From a virus (Duplodnaviria > Caudoviricetes): a stretch of DNA of 64,000 nucleotides. Each line of letters starts with the position of its first letter. Within the stretch, counting starts at the first letter, position 1. The stretch covers positions 1 through 64,000 of the IMG/VR virus record IMGVR_UViG_3300037454_000078; one strand, written 5' to 3'. Under the pieces are notes generated by a model. That model was given only the letters and a program-made list of their open reading frames with translations, had not been told where the DNA came from and did no database searches. Shown piece after piece: positions 9,499 to 18,800 of the stretch. The position numbers and the translations under genes were made by a program.

Positions 9499-9548
9499 CA
9501 GCTGAACAAAAAAGTAATATTGTTTAATCAAAAAAATAGCAAGTAACT

Positions 9549-10205
9549 ATGGAAGTGACAAAAGAGAAGGTGCTGGAAAGTATGAGCACTTATTGCAGTG
9601 ACCGAAAGTACGGTACTGAAACTTTAACTCTCACAGACGGATTCAAAGAGAAGTTCGCTAATTTCTTTACGAAAAAGTACGAAGGTAAAGACGTGGAAGA
9701 AGCAGACTTGCTTGCCGACTTACATTTCAACTTGGACACTGCTCACAGTGCTGCGGTTAATCTGAAGACGGTGCTCGATTCTGATTTTACCACAAAGGAG
9801 AACAACTACAAGAACCAGATTGCAGAGTTGAACAAGAAAATCGCCAAGCCAAAAGAGCATCAAGAAGAGCCTCCAAAGTTCGAGATGCCAGACGAAGTAA
9901 AAGAACAGCTCAAGGAACTTCAGAAGTTCAAGGACGAAGAAGCGAAGAAGAACAAGTTCAACGAAATCGTCAACTTGGCAAAAAAAGACATCAGACAAGA
10001 CTTGCACGGAGAATTTGATATTTTCATCAGAGACTACGAAGTCAAGAACGATGTCAGCGTCGAAGACCAAGCAAAGAGATTGCATTCACGCTTCCAAGAA
10101 ATCTTCAAGAGCAAGATTGGCGACATCAAGCCGCTTGCTCCAAAGCAGGTTCAGAAGCAAGAAGACGATTTCATCGACGCACTGCCGAAAGTAAAGGTAC
10201 AGTAG
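9549..10205 (+). CDS. Putative capsid scaffolding protein
   Basis: 218 aa, charged and helical/coiled-coil, first gene ahead of the decoration and major capsid genes. Confidence 0.55.
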   Translation: MEVTKEKVLESMSTYCSDRKYGTETLTLTDGFKEKFANFFTKKYEGKDVEEADLLADLHFNLDTAHSAAVNLKTVLDSDFTTKENNYKNQIAELNKKIAKPKEHQEEPPKFEMPDEVKEQLKELQKFKDEEAKKNKFNEIVNLAKKDIRQDLHGEFDIFIRDYEVKNDVSVEDQAKRLHSRFQEIFKSKIGDIKPLAPKQVQKQEDDFIDALPKVKVQ

Positions 10206-10233
10206 TGTTTAATAAATTTAATGTTTAACGATT

Positions 10234-11037
10234 ATGGTAACAAACTTAGCTTATTTCTATGAGTCGTCACACAAGGTTCGTGGCGGCAAATGGGTGTGGG
10301 TAAAGGATTCCAACGGTGAGCAGCGCGGCAACGTACTGCTTGGCGGTACAATCCTGAATCCAAAGAAGGGCTTCGACCACCTGTATGCAGCTCAGCTGGT
10401 GCAGTACACCCCCTCACAGGGTTGTCTCATCTTCCGCTCGTTCAAGGTTCAGGCAAACGCTGCCAACAACGCCACCACAATCTATGTTGAGGGTGACGGT
10501 TACAGCGATGCTCCAGAGGTCGGAATGTATCTGATGATTGCCCCGAGGACACTGAAGTCTGGTGGTGCTATTTCTGTCGCTTCAACGAGCAAGTTGGATG
10601 TTGCAGACAGCAAGGTAGACCTTGCAGATGCTACGTTCACTGTGACTACTGGCGACATATCTGACTACACTGGCACTTATGCAAAGGTGACAGCAGTGGT
10701 GTTTGATGAAACAAACAAGAAGTTCCAGCTGACGCTTGAGAACGCTCTTGGTGCAGCCATCACAACCGATACCATTCTGGTTGAGGGTGACGCAGCTGCT
10801 GACGCAGCACTTACAGAGCCAACTGGTTCTTGTAAGGTTCTCGTTCCGAATCCCAACACATTCGTTGAAGCAGACCGCGATTTGCTTCCGACTGAGGGAT
10901 ACGGCATCACTGGTACAGCCAACTATTCTATGTCAGCCGTTTACAACAAGCAGGCTTGGATTGCTCGCATGCAGCCACTGCCAGACTACGTTCTTGCAAA
11001 GAACAAGTCATACATCGACGGCATTTTCTGGATTTAA
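10234..11037 (+). CDS. Putative head decoration/auxiliary capsid protein
   Basis: 267 aa, beta-rich and Ala/Thr/Gly-rich, directly upstream of the major capsid gene (lambda D-E-like arrangement). Confidence 0.55.
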   Translation: MVTNLAYFYESSHKVRGGKWVWVKDSNGEQRGNVLLGGTILNPKKGFDHLYAAQLVQYTPSQGCLIFRSFKVQANAANNATTIYVEGDGYSDAPEVGMYLMIAPRTLKSGGAISVASTSKLDVADSKVDLADATFTVTTGDISDYTGTYAKVTAVVFDETNKKFQLTLENALGAAITTDTILVEGDAAADAALTEPTGSCKVLVPNPNTFVEADRDLLPTEGYGITGTANYSMSAVYNKQAWIARMQPLPDYVLAKNKSYIDGIFWI

Positions 11038-11055
11038 AAGAAGGAGGAACAGATT

Positions 11056-12339
11056 ATGGCAAATGCACTAAAATTTCAGTGGACTTCCGATGAAGCTATC
11101 GAGAAGCTTTATCAGAGAGGTTTCTTAGGTGGCGGCAGCAATCAGGGTTTCTTGCAGACCCTTATCGACCGCACCATCGAACTTGACGAGAATCAGTTCT
11201 TCTGGCAGGAGTGCTTCCGTGTGGAAGGCATGGAGTATCAGATTGAGCGCGGTCAGCTGAAGCAGAATCCCGCTTGGTCTGTACGTCAGAAGATTCAGCG
11301 TACCGTTCCTATGGCCGACGCAATGGCTCCTCTGTCTGAGACCATGCAGCTCGACGCTGAGGGCTACGAGGTTAAGACTGGCTCCATCTACCAGTATGGT
11401 AAGGGCTTGTTCGAGACTTCTATGTCAAAGATGGAGCTTCAGGCTCGCCTTGAGGAGCTCGGCTCAGACCAGTCTCTCGTAGAGGGTTACGTGCGTGGCG
11501 TTGCTGACTTGATTAAGTCACACATGCTTACCGCATCCAACATGGCAGCAATGACGCTGTCTCGTGGTGGTCAGTATGGTAACACCATCGCTCTGACCAA
11601 CATTGCTGGCGGTACTGCCACCACACAGGGCTTCAGTGGCGTCGTTACTTCACAGGAGGCATACATTCCTCTTGCAAACTTCAAGACTGCAGGAACTAAA
11701 GTCTGGACTGCTGCTGACTGCGACATCCCAGAGCAGATGCGCAAGATTGAGATTGACTTCCGTCTTGCCAACCAGATTCCAGACAGCGTAGGCTTCCAGT
11801 GGGACATCACTTGGGATATGCTGATTAATGTTCTCCTGAAGAACGCAGCATTCATCAAGGAAGTGAACCGCTACATCTCGCTCTATGCTCCCGACAAGGT
11901 CATCGTTGTCACAAGCGGTCAGTCGAGCACTACCGTCGACAGCATCACCTATCAGCAGCTTGTCGAGTACAGCCGTTCGCCCATCTCGAAGATTGCGCCA
12001 ATCCACATCGTCCGCGAGCAGCAGACCGTACAGGGAATCACCACTTACCACACTGTCAAGGGTTGGAAGGCTGGTGTCGCTGTTCTGCGTCCTCTCGGCA
12101 TGGCTGGTGTCATCGTTCACGCAAAGCCTGCAGACGTAGACCTCATCCAGAGCGGTGAGATTAACAACACGATTCAGGCTTCTGTGGCAAAGACGCAGGG
12201 CTTCCTCTATGTAATCAACAAGGTCGTTCCAAATGGCATGCTCAAGGCATACCACACGGACGTCATCGGACGCTATGCAACGGTTCTCGACGAGTCGATG
12301 TACCACGTCTGCGTTGACACGACACAGGCTGACGCGTAA
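11056..12339 (+). CDS. Major capsid protein (HK97 fold, lambda gpE-like)
   Basis: 427 aa, highly biased codon usage, strong AAGGAGG leader, position between decoration and neck genes; PMADAMAPLSET...GSIYQYGKG segment resembles gpE-type capsids. Confidence 0.8.
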   Translation: MANALKFQWTSDEAIEKLYQRGFLGGGSNQGFLQTLIDRTIELDENQFFWQECFRVEGMEYQIERGQLKQNPAWSVRQKIQRTVPMADAMAPLSETMQLDAEGYEVKTGSIYQYGKGLFETSMSKMELQARLEELGSDQSLVEGYVRGVADLIKSHMLTASNMAAMTLSRGGQYGNTIALTNIAGGTATTQGFSGVVTSQEAYIPLANFKTAGTKVWTAADCDIPEQMRKIEIDFRLANQIPDSVGFQWDITWDMLINVLLKNAAFIKEVNRYISLYAPDKVIVVTSGQSSTTVDSITYQQLVEYSRSPISKIAPIHIVREQQTVQGITTYHTVKGWKAGVAVLRPLGMAGVIVHAKPADVDLIQSGEINNTIQASVAKTQGFLYVINKVVPNGMLKAYHTDVIGRYATVLDESMYHVCVDTTQADA

Positions 12340-12389
12340 ATATCTTCATAGGTTAATTGGTAGTTTAGTTTTATTAAGACAATTGTAAG

Positions 12390-12776
12390 ATGACTGTATT
12401 GGAATGGCTGAAGGCGTCGACGACGTACACGCGCTTCGACGACAACAACCTCATAAAGATTGCGCTTGACAGAGGCGTAAACCCAGAAGAGGACGCGTAC
12501 GACGAGACGAAGGTCACGAAGCGTCTGAAAGAACTCATGACTGCGGACATCATATTCGCTGCAGTGCTTCTCAGCCCGTCCAATACGTCGTCTTTGCAAC
12601 AGTCTCACAACGGCTATCAGAAGACAGTCGGAAGCGAGCAGGACTTCTACCAAGACGACAAGATTAAGTACGCTATAGGCATTTACAACATATATGGTGA
12701 CGAGAGAGCCGACGTCCTTGAGAACATGCAGAAGAAGATACGTTTCGTACCGATTGAAGACGTGACAAGCTTATGA
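12390..12776 (+). CDS. Head-tail adaptor (putative)
   Basis: 128 aa helical protein immediately after the major capsid gene; called on synteny. Confidence 0.55.
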   Translation: MTVLEWLKASTTYTRFDDNNLIKIALDRGVNPEEDAYDETKVTKRLKELMTADIIFAAVLLSPSNTSSLQQSHNGYQKTVGSEQDFYQDDKIKYAIGIYNIYGDERADVLENMQKKIRFVPIEDVTSL

Positions 12777-13111
12777 CTAAAGAAGAGATAGTTGAATACC
12801 CCTACGCTGGCTCGATTACTCGGATTGTCGAGGGACACGGAGATGAAGACGACCAAGAGGTTACTGTCTACGAAGGCGTCATGGACGAGCACATGGTCAG
12901 TGACGACGAGGGCAGGATACTTCAGACTGCGTCTTACATCATCTCCATACCTCTGACAAAAGACGACAAGGGTAACTACAACATACCACGCAAGGGCGAC
13001 AGCGTTTCTCTGACTCGTTATGGCGAGACACTGAGCTTTACGGTGGACAACGCAGAACCTTCTCAGCTGATGGGGATAAGTGTATACTGTACGCGTAAAG
13101 ACTGGAACTGA
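12773..13111 (+). CDS. Head closure/stopper protein (putative)
   Basis: 112 aa beta-rich protein with ATGA overlap; called on synteny. Confidence 0.5.
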   Translation: MTKEEIVEYPYAGSITRIVEGHGDEDDQEVTVYEGVMDEHMVSDDEGRILQTASYIISIPLTKDDKGNYNIPRKGDSVSLTRYGETLSFTVDNAEPSQLMGISVYCTRKDWN

Positions 13112-13113
13112 GC

Positions 13114-13773
13114 ATGAAGAAGTCGAAAGTCATAGGAATGGGTGCTTACACGAAGCAAGTCGAGAAAGACTTGATGAAACTTTGTGTTGACAACATTACC
13201 GAATACCTTATCGGCTATGCGACAGACACGATTCAGACGCTCGGTGACAGGATTGGTTCTTACAACAGCAGAAACAACATGGATGACACTGGCAACCTGC
13301 TTGATTCTCTGTGTTGGGGCGTGTATTACAAAGGCGAAGTAAAGCAGACTGGATTCTACAGACCTCAGAAAGCAACAGAAAAGTCTTATATGCACGCATG
13401 GTCTCGCGTTTCCTTTAAGGAAAAAGAGGGACTGAGAAAGGGCGCATGGCTTGAGAACATGGACGCAAGCGAAGATGTGTATGGACACAGATTTGCGGAA
13501 GAGTTTCTAAGCAGCTACAAAGGCAAGTACACCAAAGGGTGGCAGGTGTTCTTTGCAATACTTGCTCCGTATTGGGGGTATTGGGAATCTGGATTCGTCC
13601 AGAAAGACCCTTACGGCTTTGGAACTGCCAGAGCATACCACAAGTTTGCTGTCATGACGGAGCTCTATGACGATGTCAAGAAAGACCTTGGTGTTCAGCC
13701 TCACCTTACAGTGGCTGACATCAGGTACACAAGCTTCAGACTGAAGCGTAATGCAGAAAGGAACTATTATTGA
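13114..13773 (+). CDS. Neck/tail-completion protein (HK97 gp10-like position)
   Basis: DDTGNLLDSL motif resembles the DTGxLxxS signature of this family; APYWGYWE segment; synteny. Confidence 0.55.
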   Translation: MKKSKVIGMGAYTKQVEKDLMKLCVDNITEYLIGYATDTIQTLGDRIGSYNSRNNMDDTGNLLDSLCWGVYYKGEVKQTGFYRPQKATEKSYMHAWSRVSFKEKEGLRKGAWLENMDASEDVYGHRFAEEFLSSYKGKYTKGWQVFFAILAPYWGYWESGFVQKDPYGFGTARAYHKFAVMTELYDDVKKDLGVQPHLTVADIRYTSFRLKRNAERNYY

Positions 13774-13779
13774 TGAGTT

Positions 13780-14286
13780 ATGGTTGAAGAGTCAAGAATC
13801 GCGATATACTACGACTACCTGAAGCCGCTGTTCAGCGGGGTGACGCAGAACATCTATCCGATGCGCGTCCCTACCGACAACACGGCTGACGATACGAGCA
13901 ATGGCTTCATTGTCATAAAAGTCGGCAGCATCAGGGACGAGTCGGAGTTTGACCTACAGACGTTCGGATGGGTTCGCTGTTACGTTACGGCTTACGTTCC
14001 TCAGAAGAACAGAGGCAGACTAGACAAGGACAAGTACAAAGCGTTCGAAGACGGAATCAACGCAGCCATACGCTCTGAGATTGAGCATCCGACATCTGGA
14101 ATCTACTACATACAGAGCGACGACATCCTCTCGATGGACGACGACGAGGACACGAACAAGGGAAACCAGTACAACGTGTTCGTCAAGTCGTTCATAGTCA
14201 CCATAGACGGTATAAAGGAAGAAGCCAGCGGCGGAAGCACTGACAATTCCGAAAATACAGACAACAACAACAGTAATAATAACTAA
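13780..14286 (+). CDS. Tail terminator protein (putative)
   Basis: 168 aa, immediately upstream of the tail tube gene. Confidence 0.5.
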   Translation: MVEESRIAIYYDYLKPLFSGVTQNIYPMRVPTDNTADDTSNGFIVIKVGSIRDESEFDLQTFGWVRCYVTAYVPQKNRGRLDKDKYKAFEDGINAAIRSEIEHPTSGIYYIQSDDILSMDDDEDTNKGNQYNVFVKSFIVTIDGIKEEASGGSTDNSENTDNNNSNNN

Positions 14287-14305
14287 TTAAAGAAAGGGTA
14301 AAATT

Positions 14306-14833
14306 ATGGCAAAGAAAACAACTTTGAAGCCGATTAGCTTGGGCTATCGCGCAGTAGGCGCAGCCGCTGCCACCTCTTACACTCAGGTTATGGGTGTGCT
14401 GAAGGGTCTTGCAATCGCTCAGGACGAGCCTGACTCAACTGAGATTGAGGCCGAGTTCTACGATTCTCCGTTCGACATCATCTATCAGGGCAAGCCTGTA
14501 ACGATGACATTCGAGCTCGCAAACTACGACTTGAACGAGCTTGACGACCTGTTCGGCGGTACTTACACTGCAGGTGTTGCCAGCACTACTCCAGAGAAGT
14601 ATGAAGGCCCGACTGCAGCCACCACAAAGGAGTACGAGTGGAAGCTCGACTTCGGACGCGGCTTCGGCTCGCTCGTCATCTACAAGGGTCTGACCATAGG
14701 TACTCTGAAGAAGGACGCAGACGGTGCTCTGAACTTCTCAGTGACCATCACCTCTCTAGTCTACACGGACACCTCTGTGACTCCGAACGTAGACCACATG
14801 TACAAGATTATCGGCGATACTCCGACTACTTAA
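14306..14833 (+). CDS. Major tail tube protein
   Basis: 175 aa, Thr/Gly-rich beta protein with highly expressed codon bias, upstream of chaperone and tape measure genes. Confidence 0.75.
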   Translation: MAKKTTLKPISLGYRAVGAAAATSYTQVMGVLKGLAIAQDEPDSTEIEAEFYDSPFDIIYQGKPVTMTFELANYDLNELDDLFGGTYTAGVASTTPEKYEGPTAATTKEYEWKLDFGRGFGSLVIYKGLTIGTLKKDADGALNFSVTITSLVYTDTSVTPNVDHMYKIIGDTPTT

Positions 14834-14840
14834 TCTTGTG

Positions 14841-14865
14841 AAAAGACATAAACAAGTCTTTTGTT
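14841..14865 (+). terminator. Weak terminator-like hairpin after the tail tube gene
   Basis: AAAAGAC-N8-GTCTTTT followed by GTTTT. Confidence 0.35.
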
Positions 14866-14932
14866 TTCGTAGGCGTGGGGGTGCGTATATAGGGTTCATC
14901 CCGAAAGCGCATCCCCATCTTGTCGAAGACAA

Positions 14933-15586
14933 ATGATTTACAGAAGAACAGACGCAAACGAAACGCAGAAGATGAAAGAGAAGAAGTTCAACAACAAGAA
15001 GAAGGCGCAGGACACAGAAGAAGAAGAGAATACGCTTCCAGAGTTCTCCATAGACGTAAAGCGCAACATCATAGACATCATCAACGACTCCCCGTCGCTC
15101 GTGAAGCTTGGAGACAAAGAATACAGGGTCAAGGATATGCGCTATTACTCAGTGTTCAGAATCTGCAGGCTCGTGACGGACATGAGGAAGGCGGACGAGA
15201 CGCTCGACGACGACAACAAGGTTATCACGGCTCTCTGCACGGACTTGGACGCCATGTGCGAGATAATGGCAATCGTGCTGTGCAACCATCAGTTCATTCC
15301 AGACAGAGAAAACGCTGACGAGAAGAACGACGAGATGATTCGTCAGATGAAGATAAAGGTGATGAATTCCACATTCGACGCGAACCAGTGGGCAGCGATA
15401 ATCCTTGGAGCGATACAGTCCATCGACTTGAGTGCTTTTTTTTTACTCAAAAAATCGGTGAGTACGCTTACGGATTCACTGCTGATGCGCAAGAGGAAGT
15501 CAATGGAGACAGCCTCACAGTTTATGGAAGCACTGTCATTGCGGACGCAGCAGACTTCATCAAAGCCTTCCCGCAGTACAGGCTAG
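14933..15586 (+). CDS. Tail assembly chaperone (G-like)
   Basis: 217 aa between tail tube and tape measure genes; contains a slippery T9 run at 15436-15444. Confidence 0.75.
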   Translation: MIYRRTDANETQKMKEKKFNNKKKAQDTEEEENTLPEFSIDVKRNIIDIINDSPSLVKLGDKEYRVKDMRYYSVFRICRLVTDMRKADETLDDDNKVITALCTDLDAMCEIMAIVLCNHQFIPDRENADEKNDEMIRQMKIKVMNSTFDANQWAAIILGAIQSIDLSAFFLLKKSVSTLTDSLLMRKRKSMETASQFMEALSLRTQQTSSKPSRSTG

Positions 15587-15804
15587 ACGACTATCTATAT
15601 CGGCTGTCGTGCGCTCAGATACAGTTCATGGCTGTCGACAACACGCACACGAAGTATCTGAAGGGAGCTGACAAAGCTGCTTGGAACGGATACAAGGAAG
15701 CGTTGGAAGCACAGAACAAGTTGGAGGACTTCTATACGAGTCTCGGAGCCAAGAACCTGAAGGCAGGCGAGGAGTACGAGATTCCAGTTCACGGAAAGAA
15801 ATAA
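15436..15804 (+). CDS. -1 frame extension of the tail assembly chaperone (GT-like product)
   Basis: Open -1 frame (track ORF 15388-15804) entered at GCT TTT TTT TTA; ends 21 nt before the tape measure start. Confidence 0.7.
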   Translation, partial: FFFTQKIGEYAYGFTADAQEEVNGDSLTVYGSTVIADAADFIKAFPQYRLDDYLYRLSCAQIQFMAVDNTHTKYLKGADKAAWNGYKEALEAQNKLEDFYTSLGAKNLKAGEEYEIPVHGKK

Positions 15805-15825
15805 CTCTAAAAACAAAATAAAGAT

Positions 15826-18800
15826 ATGGCAAACAACCCGACGATAGTAGCTGCAAGTCTTTCAGATGAAGCGCTGAAGACTTCAATCAAGAATCTTGTT
15901 TCCGAAGTAGATACTGCTGTCAATAATATGGCTAAAAACTTTAACGAAAAAGTTGGAAGCATGGAACAGGCGATAAAAAACTTTGCAAACATGAAGTTTG
16001 ACTCTGGTTCATCGTCTGGGAATGGAATAAAAAAATCTGTTGACGACCAAAAAAACCTTGAAGAGCAGACAAAGAAGACAACTCAGGCCGTCAAGGAGCA
16101 GGGTTATACTTATGACCAATTGGCAGAGTATATGAAAAACGCTGCGACACAAGCAGAAAAAAGGTTTGCCGTCACAGATATTCAGCAACTCAGAATGCGT
16201 CAGCACGAGATTGTTGCAGAGCTTGGCAAGCTTGAAGGAACTAAACTGTCTGGCGCGATTCGTGAGTTCAATGAACTTAAAGAAAAGTCCGAAGAAGTAA
16301 AGCGTCGGATTGCAGAACTTCAAAGTCTCATGTCACAGTTCAGAACAAACGAGCAAAAGAGTGCTGCGCGACAAGAAATCGAGAATCTTCGTACACAGTT
16401 AATGCTTCTTAATGGCGAAATGAGCAGGATTCAGCCGACTGGGAATGCAGAGCAGAGAATTAACTCACTTCGTCTTGAATATGAGCAGATAAACAGAAGA
16501 ATATCTCAAATGGGACAGGAATTGATTGACGCAGAGCAGAAGGAACTTGGATTGGCAAACGCTTCAAGACAAGAAACGAACGAACTTGACAAGCAACTTC
16601 AGAAGATAAAGGAACTGAACTCTGCTAAGGAAGCCAAAGCAATGTTTGTCGACATCGCGGCAATGCCTATTGACACTCTTGAGCAAGCGAGAGAAAAAAT
16701 TGAAGCCATTCGTGCGTTGATGCAGAAAGTAGAAAACACTCCTTTGATGGGTAAAGCCGACTTTGAAAAGCTTCGCAATCAGTTCTATGCGACAAACGAA
16801 GCGATAAGACAGTTCGGTCTCAAAGCTTCCGAATCAGCAGAAAAAGAAAACAGTGCAGCAAAACAGACGGTTAAAAGCGAAAAAGAACGCCAAGAAGAAA
16901 TACAAAAGACAGGACAAGCGGCTCAAGATACTGCCAAAAAGATAATCAGTTCGCTTCACAGTCAAGCGTCTGACGCCAAGAACACAAATCCTCTTGGAAT
17001 CATATCAGACGAGGTTGGACGTTCTGTAAACCAGATTAATCAGCTGAAGGAGTCCATAGAACAGATGAGCAGAGCCTATTGGGAAATGTCTTCTGCTGAA
17101 CGAGAGTCTCCAGTAGGAATTGCGTTGAAACACGACATTAAGATAGCAAGAGACGCAATAGCCGTTGTGGACGATTACAACAGAAGGTTACTGATGGGCG
17201 CTACGGACAACAACAGCAAAATCATATCAAATGAATCAACGCTGAAAGGTTTGCGTACCACGCTTAGTCAACTCACTGCTCAATACGAGAACTTGAAAGT
17301 TGCTGAAATCAATGCTGGCAAAGGAGACCAGATAATACAGCACTACCAAGACGTGAATCGTGCCGCGCAGATTCTACAAAGAACACTGAACCGACCGATT
17401 AATCTTCAGGCGGCATTGGCTGGCGATGAAAGGACATTGGACGACATTGCATACAAAATGCAAAGACTTCAAGCATATAGACAAGGAATCGACTTGACTA
17501 AGCCAGGAGCCGAGAACGAGATAAAGCAGGTTGACGACAAACTGAAAGAACTGCAAAGGGACGCTGACAAGTGGATTTCTAAGTCTAAAGAAATTGAAAA
17601 TCGCAACAACGCTCTTGGGCGCTCGTGGAACTACATGAAGAACCGTCTTGCGTTCTACTTTACAGTAGGAGCAAGCACAGCGTTCATAAAGAACTTGATT
17701 GAGATACGCTCCCAGTACGAGATGAACGAGCGTGCCCTTGGAATTCTCATCAACTCTGCAGAAAGAGGAACGCAAATATTCAAGGAGCTGTCAGACATGG
17801 CTCTCGTTTCCCCATACACGCTTATCGAACTGTCAAACGCAGCGAAACAGTTGACCGCATACGACATCGCAGCAAAGAACGTTGTCGACACGACAAGACG
17901 TCTTGCTGACATGGCTTCTGCCGTCGGTGTTCCAATGGAACGTCTGACATACGCACTTGGTCAGATTAAGGCTTACGGCTATCTGAACAGCCGAGATGCC
18001 CGTATGTTCGCAAACGCAGGTATCCCTCTTGTCCGCGAATTGTCAAAGTACTATACGGAACTTGAAGGTAAAATCGTTAGCGTGGGGGATGTGTACGACA
18101 GGATGAAGAAGAAGTCCATCGACTACAACGACGTAATGGCTGTCGTTACAAAGATGACAGACGAAGGAGGCAAGTTCTTTGACTTCCAAGCAAAGATGGC
18201 AGACACACTGAAAGTGCGTCTTGCCAACCTGACTCTTGCGTGGAACAACATGCTGAACGAAATAGGGGCATCAGAGCAGGGGGTTCTTACAACAGGAATA
18301 GGCATGCTGAAAGACTTCTTCTTGCACTGGAAGGACATAGAAGAAATCATCAGGAAAGTTGTATACGCGTTCGGATTGTTCAAAGCGGCTCAGATGATAA
18401 CTCTTGCATTTATGGGAGAGTTGAACACGGCAATGGGAATGCAGGTACTGCTTGGCACTAAACTTCAGACAAAGCTTGCTGCATTGACTTCTAGCACAAA
18501 AGCTTTGTCAGTTGGATTGTCTGCGTTCGGAATGGCATTTTGGGCTATTCTTGCAGACGCTTATGTTACATACAGCAGAAACGCTGAAGAAATAGAGAGA
18601 CTTAACAAAACCATTGCAGATGGAGCAAAAGAAGCGTCCGAAGCCCTTGACAAAATGCTGCATTCTTCAGAAATGGTAAGCTCAAGAATGTCTGCAATGC
18701 AAGGAAAACTCTCAGCAACAGACGCAGCAAAGACTTGGGAAGCGCTGCGTGAACAGATAGAGTTGTCCGCAATATCTTCAAAGAGCGTTGTTGCAGAAAT

